DNA of 64,000 bases from Sphyrna mokarran (GCA_024679065.1 JAGIQG010000009.1:41726001-41790000); one strand, 5' to 3'. Positions 39,771 through 53,850 are shown, counted from the stretch's first letter. Notes: a model not told the origin generated them from the letters alone. Translations and numbers: made by a program.

Positions 39771-42475
39771 AGCATGTCTAAGAATCAAGATGGAGAATGC
39801 TTGACGCTTGTACTGAGTAACACTAGTAATCTATGTATCTGTATATAGTTACAGTTGTTATTCAAACATATTCTTCCTCAGCCAGTCACAATTACCATAC
39901 AACATAATGGTAACAGTAAAGGACTCTGAAATCTCCAAAAATGAACTTCAACAAAGCAACTGTGAAGAACCCCAAAATCACCGAAAATGAATTTTTTAAA
40001 AAGAAAATTGCAAGTCTGATCTTAAAAAAAAAAGTGCCAAAACTGAAAACCTTGGCAAGATATTTGAATATCTCCAAAAGAGTTCCATAGAAGATATGGA
40101 GGCATAGAGATACTTTATACTGAACAGTTAATTTTCATAAGGCCTTCGCATAGCAAACAGCGGTCCATGAAAACATCTCGATCCCAGCAGTTGGTCAAGA
40201 AGCAGAGCAACAATCATGGAATAGTGAGCAAACCTCAAAAATGGCTCAAAATCTTCAAATTAACTATGCAGCAAGCAGATAGCACTGAGCAAATTCCATT
40301 TTTAGTTCATGCAGATTCTTCAAGGTCGAGGCCATTACACATGATGACCGTGAGTCAGCAATTGAAAAAAAAATTGGCTGATCAATCACGATTCTCCAGC
40401 AGGAGGAATTTAATAATTACTTCCAATGATTAGTTTAAAATCCCTACAAAGTTTAGAACAATTTCCAAAAAGCTTCAGTGACCACAACATGTCTCAGTGA
40501 AAGGTCGAACAGGGCAGGAAAATTTAATTACTGCAATAGAAGTTTAAAAATTCCAAGCAGACCTAAAAGCTTAAAACATCAATAAATTCCAAATCCATTT
40601 TGCCAGACTGATTTGGGCTGATGGAAGGGGCAGATCAAGTACAATGGAGGAGAGAATGTCACATTATTTGGTGTCAAATGATGCTGGACTGTTTGAAAAA
40701 CATCCATTCAATATTTAGGTCACATGGTGAATAGCATAGATGTGCTGGTGGATCTACAAAAAAAAAAACAAGGACAATCAGTGAATTTCCAACCACACCA
40801 TCCATTCTGGATCTTCAATGATTCCTTGGTGAAGCAAATTCATTGGCAAAATTCCAGCCAAGCTCAATGCTAATCATAGAGCCATGAAACACCTATAGAT
40901 GACGACTCAAACATGGAGTTGGAATGTATACCAAGAACATGCATTCCAACAGATTAAAGGCATGCTGTTCTCACCAGATATCCTAGCTCACTATGACCCA
41001 TTCCTGCCAACCACAGCCAAAGCTAATGTCTCATCTACAGGACTAGGGAAGTCCTGTTTCATAAGCAACCAAGTGAGTGCCATAGACAAATCAGCTACAC
41101 ATCTCTGGCATTATTTGACATAGAAATGAGGTATATGGTCATAAAGAGGCTCTCACAGTCACAAGGACTTGTGAGAAATTCTCCAACGACATCACTGGGC
41201 CAAAAGTACTCATCAAGAATGACCATAATCTATTATTCTAATTACTGAATGATAAGAAGCTTGCCAGAATGCCCCAAAGAAGCTAAAAATTCTGTTTGTA
41301 GCAAATGCCCTTCATTTACAAGTTAATGTATTACCAGGACAAAGTACAAATCTCTGCCAGCACATCTTGCAACACAGAATGACAATTTTGTCAACAAGAT
41401 TTTGTTCTATCTCCAGTTCATGGCAGCACAGTTGACAGTGGACTTAAAAAAGCTACAACAAACATGTCAAGAGCAGATGCAGGATGAGGACTACATCTGT
41501 ATTCATCGTTACTGCATGCAAGGTTGGTCACAGTAATGTCCTGGAAGAATGGTAATGAAAATATGCTTGGAACAAAAGAAAATTTAACCATCGTTAATGA
41601 CCTGTTGGTAGACAAAGACCAGGTAGCATTTCCCACTTCACTTCAGCCAGAGATTCAGGAAAGAATCCATCAGGGCCACATGGAGTTCACAAAATGCAGA
41701 GCGAGAGCTCAGTTACAATGGCTGGGAATATTGAGGTCAACAGAAGAAACAATTTCACATCGAGTCCCTTATCCCCACTCAATTCCTTACCAAACCTTAC
41801 CAATTCCAGATATATAATCCTTCCTTTCATTGTCAGTGCTTCTCCAGGTAGATCAAGATGAAACATTTATAAACTACAACCACTGAATCAGTGATTAAGT
41901 CACTGAAAGAAGTGTTGCAGTACATAACATTGTGAATCAGATGTTGTTCGACAATGACCTGCAATTCACCCATTTTGCCAAGAACTATGGATTCCTACAC
42001 TTATCAATTCCGCAAGATATCCCCAAACCTAGAGGGTAGCAGAAAGGAGCATACTATAACTTTGAACACCAATCAAGTCCAACCTAAGAAGTCTAGGAGA
42101 GACTACCGATTTTCCAAATCTGAAAAGAACACAATCAGAGAAAGTCATGAAACCCCCAGATGGATTGAACCAATGATGTCAAAGACCTGGGGGCACACAG
42201 GATATGTAAAATATATTTGGACAAAAACTGTTCGGGGCAGGTGGGGGATTGTGGAGTTAGGGTGAAAGGCTTAATGCATGGGATTGAAAAAACAATATCA
42301 CCCTCAAGATGATGCTAGAGATAGACACATGACTAAGAGGTGAGAAGCATTCATGTGACCTAGACTAAGTAATACCTACAGCCTTGTATCTGTTATGTAC
42401 CTTCAATAAACCAGCTATTACACTGATATACCACTGTCTTTGCAATCCTTCCTTAGTGAGTCACAACAACACTTG
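39750..42475 (+). mobile_element. Degraded Gypsy LTR retrotransposon
   Basis: 'AFQQIKGMLFSPDILAHYDP...SSTGLG' (RT-RNase H link) and 'IHQGHMEFTKCRARAQ..W' (integrase zinc-binding). Weakly similar terminal segments at ~39770-39905 and ~42320-42472. Confidence 0.75.
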
Positions 42476-44397
42476 TGATACTTTCCCTCCTACAAGACAT
42501 GACCAATGCCAAAAATATTAAGCAGCCGGACAGGTTCAACATGAGAAGAGCTCAGGACACACAGGCATCAAATGGGAGGACAAAGTGCCCATCAGAGCCC
42601 AACTCAGATGGAATAGAAATTCCACTGTTGACAAATGAAATCCCTAAGACAATCACGTATTCACAACTTAAAGCTGAACATCGTCTGTGAGATAGTCAAG
42701 ATTAAGATTCAAAGACTCCTTAAAAACAAACCTCAGAAAATGTGGCATGTACACCACACATTGGGAGAAAAATATCTGAGAAAAAGCTACATGGGGAGAA
42801 ATGTCAAGTAGCGGTCTTTTTCCCTCAAATAGCAAAGAATAAGGACAGCAAAGGACAAAAGGCAAGTTAGGAAGACTGGGCATTCGCAACAAAATTAAAC
42901 AATTCATCCACACTGCACTGTTGAAGCTATGCAGATCTATGATTGGGCCTCACAGCCAGATTTGAATGCACAACACATGACTCCATGCACATAAAAATAT
43001 CTATCTTCAATAACAAATTCAAACCAACACTGAATTAAACTTATAATTATGCAGCTAGTAAGTGATGCAATCCAACATCCACCACATCATAAAAGCAAAT
43101 TATTGCAGATGTTGGAATCCAAAAGCAAGAGAAGATGCTGGAAGATTTCAGCAGGTCTGGCAGCACCTGTAAGGGATGTGTATCACATCATGAACACTTC
43201 GGTACTATGAGCTCACTACCTTCTTTGGATGGCAGTCCTTATAAAGTCAAGCACTTGAGATATAAAAATACACTTCTTTTTCAAAAGGAAACTGGCAACA
43301 TATGCAAAGGATTAAATTCATTCTCGCCTAAAGGAATAAATATATGGTGGCTCAATATTTAACAAAGTAATGCATGATATTTTAAGTTTTCCCACAGCTC
43401 AGCAGCTTAGATTTAAATCAAGTTAATATCCTTCAATCCTAACTAGTTTTACATAATAAATTTCTCAATACTTAAAACAAACTTTGCCATGGTATTGCTT
43501 ATGTTTAGACAGCAAAAGCATTTGTGATTAGGTGCAATGATGTACAAAAATATGCCCAAATGACTTCAGAGAAAAGACAAAACTATATCATTCCTCTGTT
43601 TTTGCTATCTTTAGATTGTCTTTAATCCTCCTCATGCTACATCATTACCTAATGCCAATTCCATGCTGAACTAACTTACATCGAGTCAATTTGCCTTGCG
43701 ATTTAACTCTATATTCAGAACTACAGTTTGGTCTACACCTTAGTAAAGTAACTGAGCTGAGAACAGAATCATCACACAATAATCACAAAAATACCCCTTA
43801 AACTGAAAGTGATTAAATCATTAGAGATACAGTGTGAAAAACATTACAAACATAACCAGTGATCTTTCTCCTGATCAAATCAATCCAGACAAGTTGCAGA
43901 TTTGATTGATGATACTTGTACACTCAAACAAAGCTACTTTAGATTCTTGCTGAAAGGCAAAAAACCAAAGCAATTTTTCAAGATTGAGACTTATTGAAAC
44001 CACAATGAGGGTATTACAAATACCTCCTTTCAAACATTAGAGTACGAGCTCAAAATTCATTACAATCATGCAATTCTGCTGCCCGTTTTTAGTATCATTA
44101 TGGCATATTTTCATGTTTGCGATCCCAAACACAGAATGGATGTGAACCCGCCAACAAGCTGCTCAAGCAGCTAAAGATGCTAAATGTATCACGAGTGTGT
44201 CCATCCTATCAATGCTATCACACCTCCCTCACTTTAATACTGGCAGACCCAAGCCCTGCCTTTCAATCGACTAGGATTCAATCCACATCTTTGTGGACTG
44301 CAAGTGCATGGCAAATCTACCCAGATCATGAGAACCCCTCTTTACTTTTCCCTTACAAGAACACCCATTCTTCAGTGCTGCAACAAACTCCATCCAT

Positions 44398-45954
44398 GTA
44401 TGCATGCCACTCAGTCAAAATACAGAACAAAAAAGGCACATTCATATACAATTATAAATTGACTTTCATGACCTCAAAAGTAGTCTCAAAGCAGCCAATG
44501 AAGTATTTTTATATGTATTCACTGTTGCAATGTTGTATTCTGCAACAGACAATTTATACGTAGAAAAGTCTCACTAAGAACATTGACACAGAAAACCAAA
44601 TAATGTATCTTAAGCAGTTTTCTCAGGTTCCTGAATTCTGGTAGCTCTCTTTTCCAACTATTTAAGCTCTCTCACAATTCATTCCTGACCCAGGGCTATT
44701 CCAAAAATTCCCATATCTTAAAATCAAGTGCCTTCCCAAGTCCAACCACTCCAGTGATCTTGAGTCACAGATTCCAATACAAGTTTGATGCTTGTAAACT
44801 TCACAACCGCCCACTTCTTGGGACTCCGAGACAATGCTTAATGCATCCAATGCATAAGGAATAAATGACTTTTTTTTCATCCAGCTCAGTTACATTGTGG
44901 GTAATTGCTGATTAGTTTTAATGTAAACTACAAGAAGTCCAATGGCTCCCAACATTTAAAGTCTCATGCACATTATTGGGAGTAAAAAAAAAAAATCACT
45001 CAGAATACCCTAGAAAAGAGTCAAAAATCTGCTTGAGAACCTGGGAGCTAAAAAATTAGAATAGCAAATAAACTATTTTAAAAAGAAGCATAACAGCACA
45101 AAGAAATAATCCTTTATATATGGATATTTACTTTGATTATCTCAGACTGAATTAAGTATTCAAGGCAATTATATTTCTTCATCACAGAGAAAAATTCACT
45201 TATTTTCACCTATCCCACCACTATCCTTCAGATTCAGAAGGCAGGGATCCTAAAATTCAAGATTCAACAAAAAAAGGCTGTGATTGACTTGGACAGTAAT
45301 AAGACCATAAGACATAAAAGCCAAAGTAGGTCATTCAGCCCATCAAATTTGCTCAGCTACCATTCAATGAGATCATGACTGATCTGACAATGATAACTCT
45401 CAACTTCACTTTCCTGCAGTATCCATTGCCCTCAATTCTTTTGCTGATTTAAAATCTGTCAAGGTGTGTTCAGCCTTGAACACACTTAACAACCCAGCCT
45501 CAAGAGCCAAGAATTCCATAGATTCGCTATCCTCAGAGAGAAGAAATTCTTTCTCATCTCTACCTTAAATGGGTGATCATGACATTCAGGTAAAACCAAA
45601 TATTCTGCAGAAAAAAACTCAACTCAATAATTGAATAAAAAAATCAAGTGTGTCATATTAAGCCTCAGGTTCCCAGCCAATAAGTCAACCTCTCTGACCA
45701 AATATTTTACAAAGATTTTGAAAAGTATGCATGCCATTCCGAGTCAAAACACAGAACAAGAAAGGCACATTCATTTACAATTATAAATTGCCTTTCATGA
45801 CCTCAAAAGTAGTTTTAAAGCAGCCAATGAAGTATATTTATATGCATTCACTGTTGTAATGTTGTATTATGCAATAGACAATTTACACATAGAAAAGTCT
45901 CACTAAGAACATTGATACAGAAGAACAAATAATGTATCTAAGATTAAGCAGTTT
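44398..45954 (+). repeat. Local direct duplication, ~225 bp (44398-44621 and 45725-45954)
   Basis: The copies align end to end with scattered substitutions. They contain a DeuSINE-type tail plus shared flank. Confidence 0.9.
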
Positions 45955-47026
45955 TTTAATATTTCTTAGGATTTTCTGACAATTTTTGCTTTTAAGCAAA
46001 CTGGTAGCTTAAATCAGCATCACAAAACCTTTGGAGAATTGATTACTTGCCATGTTTTATTTGCCAGTATAGACATAACTGGTATAATTCTAAATTATAA
46101 AATGTACTAAAAATGCAGCATTGGCTTTACTTTTATGCAACTTGGAGCCATATTTTCACTGCCAGCTTGAATTCAATCCAGAAAAGACAAGATTTTATAC
46201 ATGGGATCCAAACTTGCACAGGGAGCATTGTACACTGTCTTCTAGAAATAACTAATAGAATAGTTGTCATATTGATCATTAAAATTTAAACTGCAATACA
46301 GATGGTTATCAAATATTAATTGTTAAAAACGTTGTCTTTTTTCGGTTTTGCATTTTAGTTACACCATTACATTTAGTGTGATATTCTCCCATGGGCAAAA
46401 AGCCTGGCATAAATTGAAGAGTATCTTCAATTAAAGAGGAAGCTGCAATGAAGGAACAGTCTGAAAAACTTCCAAAAATACCAGCTATCATAACATTCCC
46501 ACCACCATCCTTTGGAAACATACATGATCCTGTTGGGTTTATTTGTCGTGAGCGGAAACCAAACATATTATCTAACAGAAACAGGCAAGAAATCCAACTG
46601 GATTAGACTGTGCCATACATAGTAGCATAACATAAAAAATTCAGAACCAACTAATGGCTTCAACTATACACAATTGTGAAAATCCCAACAACCAGGGATA
46701 TCGTAAATAGGATATATGAAAACGCCCCAAATTAACTTTTAAATATGAAAGAACTGAGAATTTGGAAACAGAAAATTGAAACGGAATCTAAAAATAAAAG
46801 TATCTCATTGGTACTTCATTCCTAAATCAATACTTAGTATTAAACATATAACCTTTCGTGGAAAAGATGTCGCTTTACCAAGATTTTGTTCATGTTCAGA
46901 ATGTCAAATAAAGATTCTTAATGGTTCAAACATATTCAAAAAGTTGGTTTAAAGCTACAACCTGTAAGTAAGAGGAGTTTACAACGTGTTACAAAAAGCA
47001 AGTATATTTTATGAATTACAAAGTAC

Positions 47027-47158
47027 CTGATAGTCGAGGATACTGAAACCCAAACCTTTGGAACCTTTATTCAGCTCAATCACCTTCACATCTGAAGTCC
47101 ATAATGCTAACTCCCCAACTTCACCCTCTTCTGCATTTGTCTCAGAATCCAAGTCCAC
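47027..47158 (-). CDS. PATJ: PATJ coding exon, start of PDZ5 ([44 protein letters not shown])
   Basis: 132 nt, pyrimidine tract then cccaaaag|, donor CAG|gtactt. GLGF loop present. Matches human '[30 protein letters not shown]'. Confidence 0.95.
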
Positions 47159-48846
47159 CTTTTGGGAGAAAAAAATTATTTGAAATTATTATTGTAGATA
47201 ATGTGAATTCCCAGATCACAACTCTGCAATATGTTGGCACTTGATCATTCACCTGCAGGCAAATTAGTGCTCAAGGTTTGTACTCAATTCCCAATTAAGG
47301 ATCGCGGGCAGGTTCCCAGATTGGAGGGTCAATAGGAACTCCAACAATATCAACACAACAACAAGTCTACTTTCTGAAATAGGAACTGTTGATGCAAGTT
47401 AGAGTGAGAATGCCTCATAATGGAGGTGCTTTTTGAAGAGTTAAAACTTTAGATCATCAAAAAAGCCGTATCTGCCATGTCATCACCACTGAGCAGCAAT
47501 CCCTCCACTGGACAGCCAGTGACTATATCTGTGGCTCTACAGCCATGGTGAGCAAGGAGAGGGGGAGTCCTAATCACCTTAGATCCCTGGCTGTTCTGGT
47601 CTCACTAGGAGGCCTGCAAGCTGCATTCAACATTTATGCTCAATGGCTTAAATAAACTATTTTATTAACTTAATAGTCTACTTGCCACCTGCAGCAGGAG
47701 TCCCACCAACAATCCCACTATCACCTGGCCCCTCCCAGAAGTAAAGCAGCACAACAGCATTAGACCAGCATATGGACAAGTGTCAGGAAATTGCAGTCCA
47801 TCTACTTACATTGCCACCTCCACTGCCATTTCACAATATGGTTCATAGTCCTCAATCAAAGACTATCTTTATTTTGTTAGTGAAAGATTTTAGTTTTATT
47901 TCTGGGCAGTAGAAACTCTTTCACAAAAGTCATCTTCCTATATCAGCAATCTATATTTTCAGATCAGCTGAAATGCAAGAATCTGAAGTCATGATAAATA
48001 CGCAGAGTTATGGGGATAGGGCAGAGAAGACGACTTGGGTGAGATGCTGTTCTGGGGAGTTGGTGCAGATTCAATGGGTCGAATGGCCTGCTTTTGCATT
48101 ATAGGAATTCTATAGTTCTATGCTTTATTCTACCACGATATGATTTTGTTTTGACCATACCAAAGGATCCTCTATTGCACTGGTGTATTTTGTCCACTTT
48201 CTAAATAATTTCTAAATGAAACTGATTGACCATTTTGGGCCAACCTAAATCAAATTCTGTGAACGTATTTGTGTTGTGGCTAATATCCTATGATTTAGAT
48301 TGTCCAAATCATTTCATACGGAACTCTTACAATGAGGAACAGATTTTCCTCTCATCTGTATTAAAAGTATATGCAGCGCTGTACAAATCAAGATGAAGCA
48401 ATTGAAGTTTAGAAGTGGCCATATCCTTGAGTTTATCTCCCACACAGCTAAGTTCAAAATCAATGTTGCTTTGGCTGAAATAATTATGCATATTTTACAT
48501 TGAAATCAAAACTACTTTGTAATATTCCAAAATATGCAGTACAACTTCCACATAAGAGCAATCTTCAGTGGCTCAAGGCTATTGTACATTGGAAAGATGC
48601 AAGTAAAGGGCCAGGATTCTCCAAATAGCAGTGTCCAGAACGGCCAGAACATCATAGAAGGAAAAGAGAGAGAGAAATTGTTCTGGCTGCTCCCACAATT
48701 AAGCTGGATATGGAAATTCTGGATAAGGGCAAGCTAATTTTAACAAAAACTCAAGTGTTTTGTTGAATATGCACTTACTCTACCTCCCCATTTCATTCAA
48801 GTTTAATACTGCAATTTTCAACAGAAATCTGGTCCTCCATATTTAC

Positions 48847-48915
48847 CTGGCTGATACAATTCTCACTACTCCAGGGTGATGGCGGCCTAATCACTGGGTC
48901 AATGTTCTCTGTAGC
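48847..48915 (-). CDS. PATJ: Candidate extra/cassette PATJ exon (ATENIDPVIRPPSPWSSENCISQ)
   Basis: 69 nt, open in phase 0, cttccttag| acceptor and CAG|gtaaat donor, in non-repeat sequence between the PDZ4 and PDZ5 exons. No homology support that I can recall. Confidence 0.6.
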
Positions 48916-49419
48916 CTAAGGAAGACAACATAAAATATTTAATGATTCAAGACCAGATTCTTTTACAGGCAGTGACAAATGATACGAGATGCTCAAACAG
49001 GCATATCTTGTCCACAGCAACATGCACAAATCTCAGACTAGATACTTTGAAAAACTTCAAACAATATACTGCATTCATTCCAACAATCTTTTCTCAACAT
49101 TACAGAGAAAAATAACATTTTGACAAAAAACTGAAAGCCAATGTCTGACTGGATTACATTGTCAAGCAGATTAAAAGTGAGCAGAAAACATGATTGTTTT
49201 GAAGTATAAATCCATTGAGAAAATGCATCAAAAGACAAAAGAGACTTTTATTCCAATAGGATAGTCAGACTTCAGCACATGACTTTGTTCACTTTTAAAG
49301 CCAAGCAGAAATAGTTAGCATGTAGCTTGTACAAAATTTCTGAAGAATTTGAGGACAGATAAAAGATCAAAGACCAGTCAAGAATGTAAAAAGCAAATTA
49401 AAAATTAATTAATAAAATA

Positions 49420-51470
49420 GAGATGCAAGGTTAAGCAATGTGTTGCACTTGCATGTGGCAGGAGATGGCAGGTAAGAATGTCACATGGCAATGTGGATAG
49501 ATAGTGGTATGGCAACATCCTGGATCATGAACTTGTCTTCCTGATGCTGGTGGTCAAATCAAACTCCTTGCCGGCATGGCAGAGTCTATCCATTTGCTGC
49601 TAAAGGTCTTCCTTGCAGAATGCTGACACAGCATTATCTACATAGAGCAACTCTTTGATAAAAGCTTGGCACATTTTTGAGCAAAGCTAATCAGCTTTCT
49701 GTCAGTCTGGTAAGTAAAGTAGTCACTTTTTGTAGATGATCTGAGGACATATGACAGCAGCAAAAATAATAAATTGTCAAAGGAATACTGGTGCCAGAAC
49801 AGAACACTTTTTAACCCACTGCTGATCTTAAAGGATTCCAATTCTGCCTCATCATAGCTGACTTTATCCATCACCCATCATTCTGTCATGCAAAGAGGAG
49901 TTCATGTTGAGTTTCAGGCCAGCAGTTTTCATCAGTTTAAGTAAGAGGCCTCTGCTCATATAGTCAAATATTTTGATAAAATCAATGAAGGAAATATATA
50001 GTTATCATTTCTTTTTCAACTGATGACTGAGAAGGTCATGTTGAATGTTGATATTTTAGTTCTAAAAATCACACTGGTTTTTGGAATTCACGTATTTTTC
50101 CTGAATCTGCAGTCTGACAAGAGCAATATGGCTAAATATTCTTTCCACAATGCTTAGCAAGGAGATGCCACGATAGCTGTTCCATTTCTGTGCTCATCCT
50201 GTTTTTGAACAGATTCACAACCTTTGTACTGTGCACATTGTGGAGCACTGCTCCCTCCCTCCAGCAGATATGGAAGTGTTTGTGTAGATGCTGCACAAGT
50301 GCTGATTTCCTATGTCTGAAAAGGTCTGGTGATATAGCATAATCAATGGCACTTAAGTCAATGCCTTTTCTAAGTCTTCAACTGTGTGTTCAATATCCAG
50401 CTCTTCCATGGCAAGCAGCTCTCTATGGTGTCGAGTTCCTCAGCAATCATATTCTCTCTAGAATACAACTTAACATAGTAGTCCATAGAATCCCTACAGT
50501 ACAGAAGGAGGTCATCAAATTTGCACCAACTCTACAAAAGAACTTCTTACCCCGGCTCACTCACTCCCCTATCCCCATGCAATTAGCATGTTAATCCACC
50601 TAATCGGCACATCATTGGATCCTAAGAGACAACTTAGCATGGCCAATCCACCTAACCTGCACATTTTTTGGTTGTGGAGGAAACCAGAACACTTGGAGAA
50701 AACCCACGCATACGTGGGGAAAAATGTGCAAGCTCCCTGGCGCTTGAGACAGCAATGCTAACCACCCTGCAGCAGCAATGCTAACCACCATGCCACCCAT
50801 CTTTCCAATTGTTTAATGCAGTCCAACTGTTTATTGATCTCCCCTTATTGGTAATATACTTGCTCACCTTTTTGATTCAGTCAAACATGCTCCTAATATC
50901 CTCTCTGTCAAGCAACATCTGGATATTCTAGTAAAGTTGTAGTTAGTAGCTCTTTAAGCAGCACTTTAGTGGGCTGTTGGGTTTTACTGAGTGGCTATTA
51001 GTGCATTCAGAATCTTCCAACTCAGATCTCTCCTACATTTAATGAAAGCAGATTACTTGGCTTCAATGATAGTGTCAATTCCAAGATGTTAGCCTCAGCC
51101 AGCATTTTTCTGCTCTTGCTTCCCAAATGTTGAGATTGCCTTCTTAAAAATGGTGTCTTGAGGTTTGTTCTACTTCTTGTGTGGGAATGCCAGAAACTGC
51201 CTACTCAATTGAGTTGACAAACTGCCAATTCTTATGTGGATAGGCAGTATGGCTGATTTTGATAAAAGAATGGTCTTTCTGCTTTGAGTGAAAAAGCTTC
51301 CAAGAATTGCATCTGCATTGCAGTCTGTGGCAGCTGTGCATATTGAGAATGCTGTTGAGAAAGTTACATCTGGCAATGATCAGGTTCAGCTGATGTCAAT
51401 GTTTTGATCTCAGATGCCTCGAGGCCACCTTGTGCATGTCTCATTTTGAAAGAAAGTACTAGTAACACAA
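49420..51470 (-). mobile_element. Degraded RTE-clade LINE fragments with a V-SINE at ~50484-50800
   Basis: ORF 49638..49874 reads 'FKISSG.K....YQTDRKL', similar to the RTE GVKQGC/YRTDGKLFNL region. Confidence 0.55.
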
Positions 51471-51880
51471 AGTTCTCGGTAGCAGCAAAGCTCAAGCAAT
51501 CACTGTCAATTTTCTATTACCTTTAATGTGCTAAGATATCTGCAGCAGGAAGGCCTAATTCATAGTCTGCACCCACTTTTTCATTAAAATCATCCAACAG
51601 CTAAAGATGTGCTGATTTGAGAATTCAGCTACTGCAGTATCAAGCTCCTCACATCTCTGTAATGATGCAGAGGTTTGGAGCCTAGATGTTAACTAGCCCT
51701 CTGAGTTGAAAGGCAGATAATTCAGAATGTGTTCTGTCTATCTGTGGCTGGAGGGAGTTGTTCTGAAGATAGCTTCTTACAACGAAGTCCACATCCTACC
51801 CATGCTTTCCTTCTGAAATTTTTTCATGCTGGATAAAGGTTTAAAACTTTTCTTACAGTAGTCCACTCTCGACAATCCTT

Positions 51881-52565
51881 GGGTGAGATTTTCCCAAAAA
51901 TATTTTAAGTGCCAAATTCACGTAAAAACTGAAGTAAATCCCACTGGTCTTTCAGCAGGATTTTAAAAATGAATCTCCCACACTCTGTGGTGCACAAAGT
52001 GCCTTAGCATAAATCACAGGGCCTATTCCCTGTCGAGGGACAGGGCCTAAACCTGCAGAATAAGTTGAGCAGGCCACTGTACACACGCTGATCTATCAAC
52101 GCTGAGATCAGCACATGCACAGAAACCCAGCACTGCCTGTCTCCTAATTGCTGGCCAGTTCCACAACTCTGTGTCACTGGCCATAAAACGCCCCCACTTC
52201 CACCAGCCGATCATTGGCCTCCCTGCCTCAACCTAGATCCCTCGCCCCTACCACCCTCCCCCCGCCCCACCGCCTGCCAACAGTCCTAATCTCCCGCTCC
52301 TCCCACTATCCCCCTGCAGTCCTGATCTCACTGCCCCATAACCCCAGAGACTCCTGTTCCAGAACTGCTAATATAAATCTCCATTTAAATGATTTATTCA
52401 GCTCTCTGCCAATTCCCAGCACACAGTTGATGACACCAGAAATCTGGCAGCTGGAGATGAGTGGAGGCCATGATGCCCAGCAGGAAGCCCACTGCACAGC
52501 CGCCACTGATCTCTCCCAACCCACTTCTCTACTAGAGTAGTGCAGTAGACTGGGAGAATCTCCTT
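51881..52565. mobile_element. Non-autonomous TIR element, same family as 5083-6014
   Basis: Ends gggtgagattttccc ... gggagaatctcc, with a shared 5' arm and C-rich interior. Confidence 0.65.
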
Positions 52566-52802
52566 GTTACCTTTTGTCAGGAAACATAGTCGATGTTCAG
52601 TCTACCAAGTTCCATATTGATCATAATTGCCTTATGCATGCGCGTGGTCCTGAGATTCCAGTTTGCCAATAAATTGCTGGCAGATACTTTTTTTTTTGTT
52701 TGTCTGGTGTAAGGTATTCAGTTCATTTATTAAGGAGAGACAACCTGCAGCACCCATTCTTTACATTAATCAAGTTGGGCCCATCACATTTAACTACTGT
52801 CT

Positions 52803-53170
52803 TTGATTTGATTTATTATTGTCATATGTATTAACATACAGTGAAAAGTATTGTTTCTTGCGCACTATACAGACAAAACATACCAATCATAGAGAAGGAA
52901 ACGAGAGAGTACAAAATGTCGTGTTATAGCCATAGTTACAGTGTATAGAAAGATTAACTTAATGCAAGATAAGTCCATTCAGAAGTCTGACAGCAGCAAG
53001 GAAGAAGCTGTTCTTGAGTCAGTTGGTCTGTGAACTCTGACTTTTGCATATTTTTCCCAAAAGAACGTGGTGAAAGATAGAATGTCGGGGTGCGAGAAGT
53101 CCTTAATTATGCTGGCTGCTTTGCTGAGGCAGCAGGAAGTGTAGACAAAGTCAATGGATGGGATGCTGGA
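52803..53170 (-). mobile_element. Rex1/Babar LINE 3' end
   Basis: ORF 52979..53179 reads 'CLSKAASIIKDFSHP'. (tcaaa)n tail on minus. Confidence 0.75.
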
Positions 53171-53850
53171 AAGTTGCAAGAAAAAATAGAGGCTGCAGAG
53201 TTGTGTGAATGTTTTAAGCCATAATAGAAGTATCCTCTCAAGAGTTCAAGCCTGGACAAAGCTTCCATAAATCCTGAGCTGCCCAAATGTCAAGGTCCCT
53301 GCCTCGACCTTTCCTGTTGGGTCTCAAGGGATGCAAAGAACTACATTCGGCACCAACAAGTTGTGAAAAAGATGACATTTTGAGACAACAGTTCACTTTT
53401 GGGCTCCAAACTAGATTTTATGTCAGGGTTTGCTCCCTTACTGATATCCCAGGATATCAAGAAGACAGTGGAGCTATTCGTCAGTAGCTGGGTGTTTGTT
53501 CATGAGTGTCACAGCACATGCGCTTACCAGAGGGTCTGCACACTTTGCATGTCTGCGAGTCAAACCTCTTCCAAGTTCTTCTAAAGCTTTAACTTGGAAC
53601 CATGGTTGACCAAGTTTCTTTGTATTGCTACAAGGAACACAACAGGGGAGCAGAATGCATTGACAAGGAGAGACATTACATTCTTCTTTTTGCATTACTG
53701 TTGGCCAGTGCTGCAGGCTAAAAATGAAAAGTAAATAAGCACATAGAAAGTGGGAAGTAAGCTAACCTCTTTTCATCTATATATCAGATGCATCACGTCA
53801 ACATGCAAGATAAACATGCAAGATAAAAGTCTTAATGACTTTTAACTCAC

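Larger units (their letters stand above)
37330..42960 (+). mobile_element. RTE-clade LINE split by nested insertions (RTE parts ~37330-38860 and ~42480-42960)
   Basis: 'RTALVGRE..YNID', 'DKLVVMGDFNVR' and 'WMHPRFKH' endonuclease motifs. The 3' part reads 'LRFKDSLKTNLRKCG'. Confidence 0.75.
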
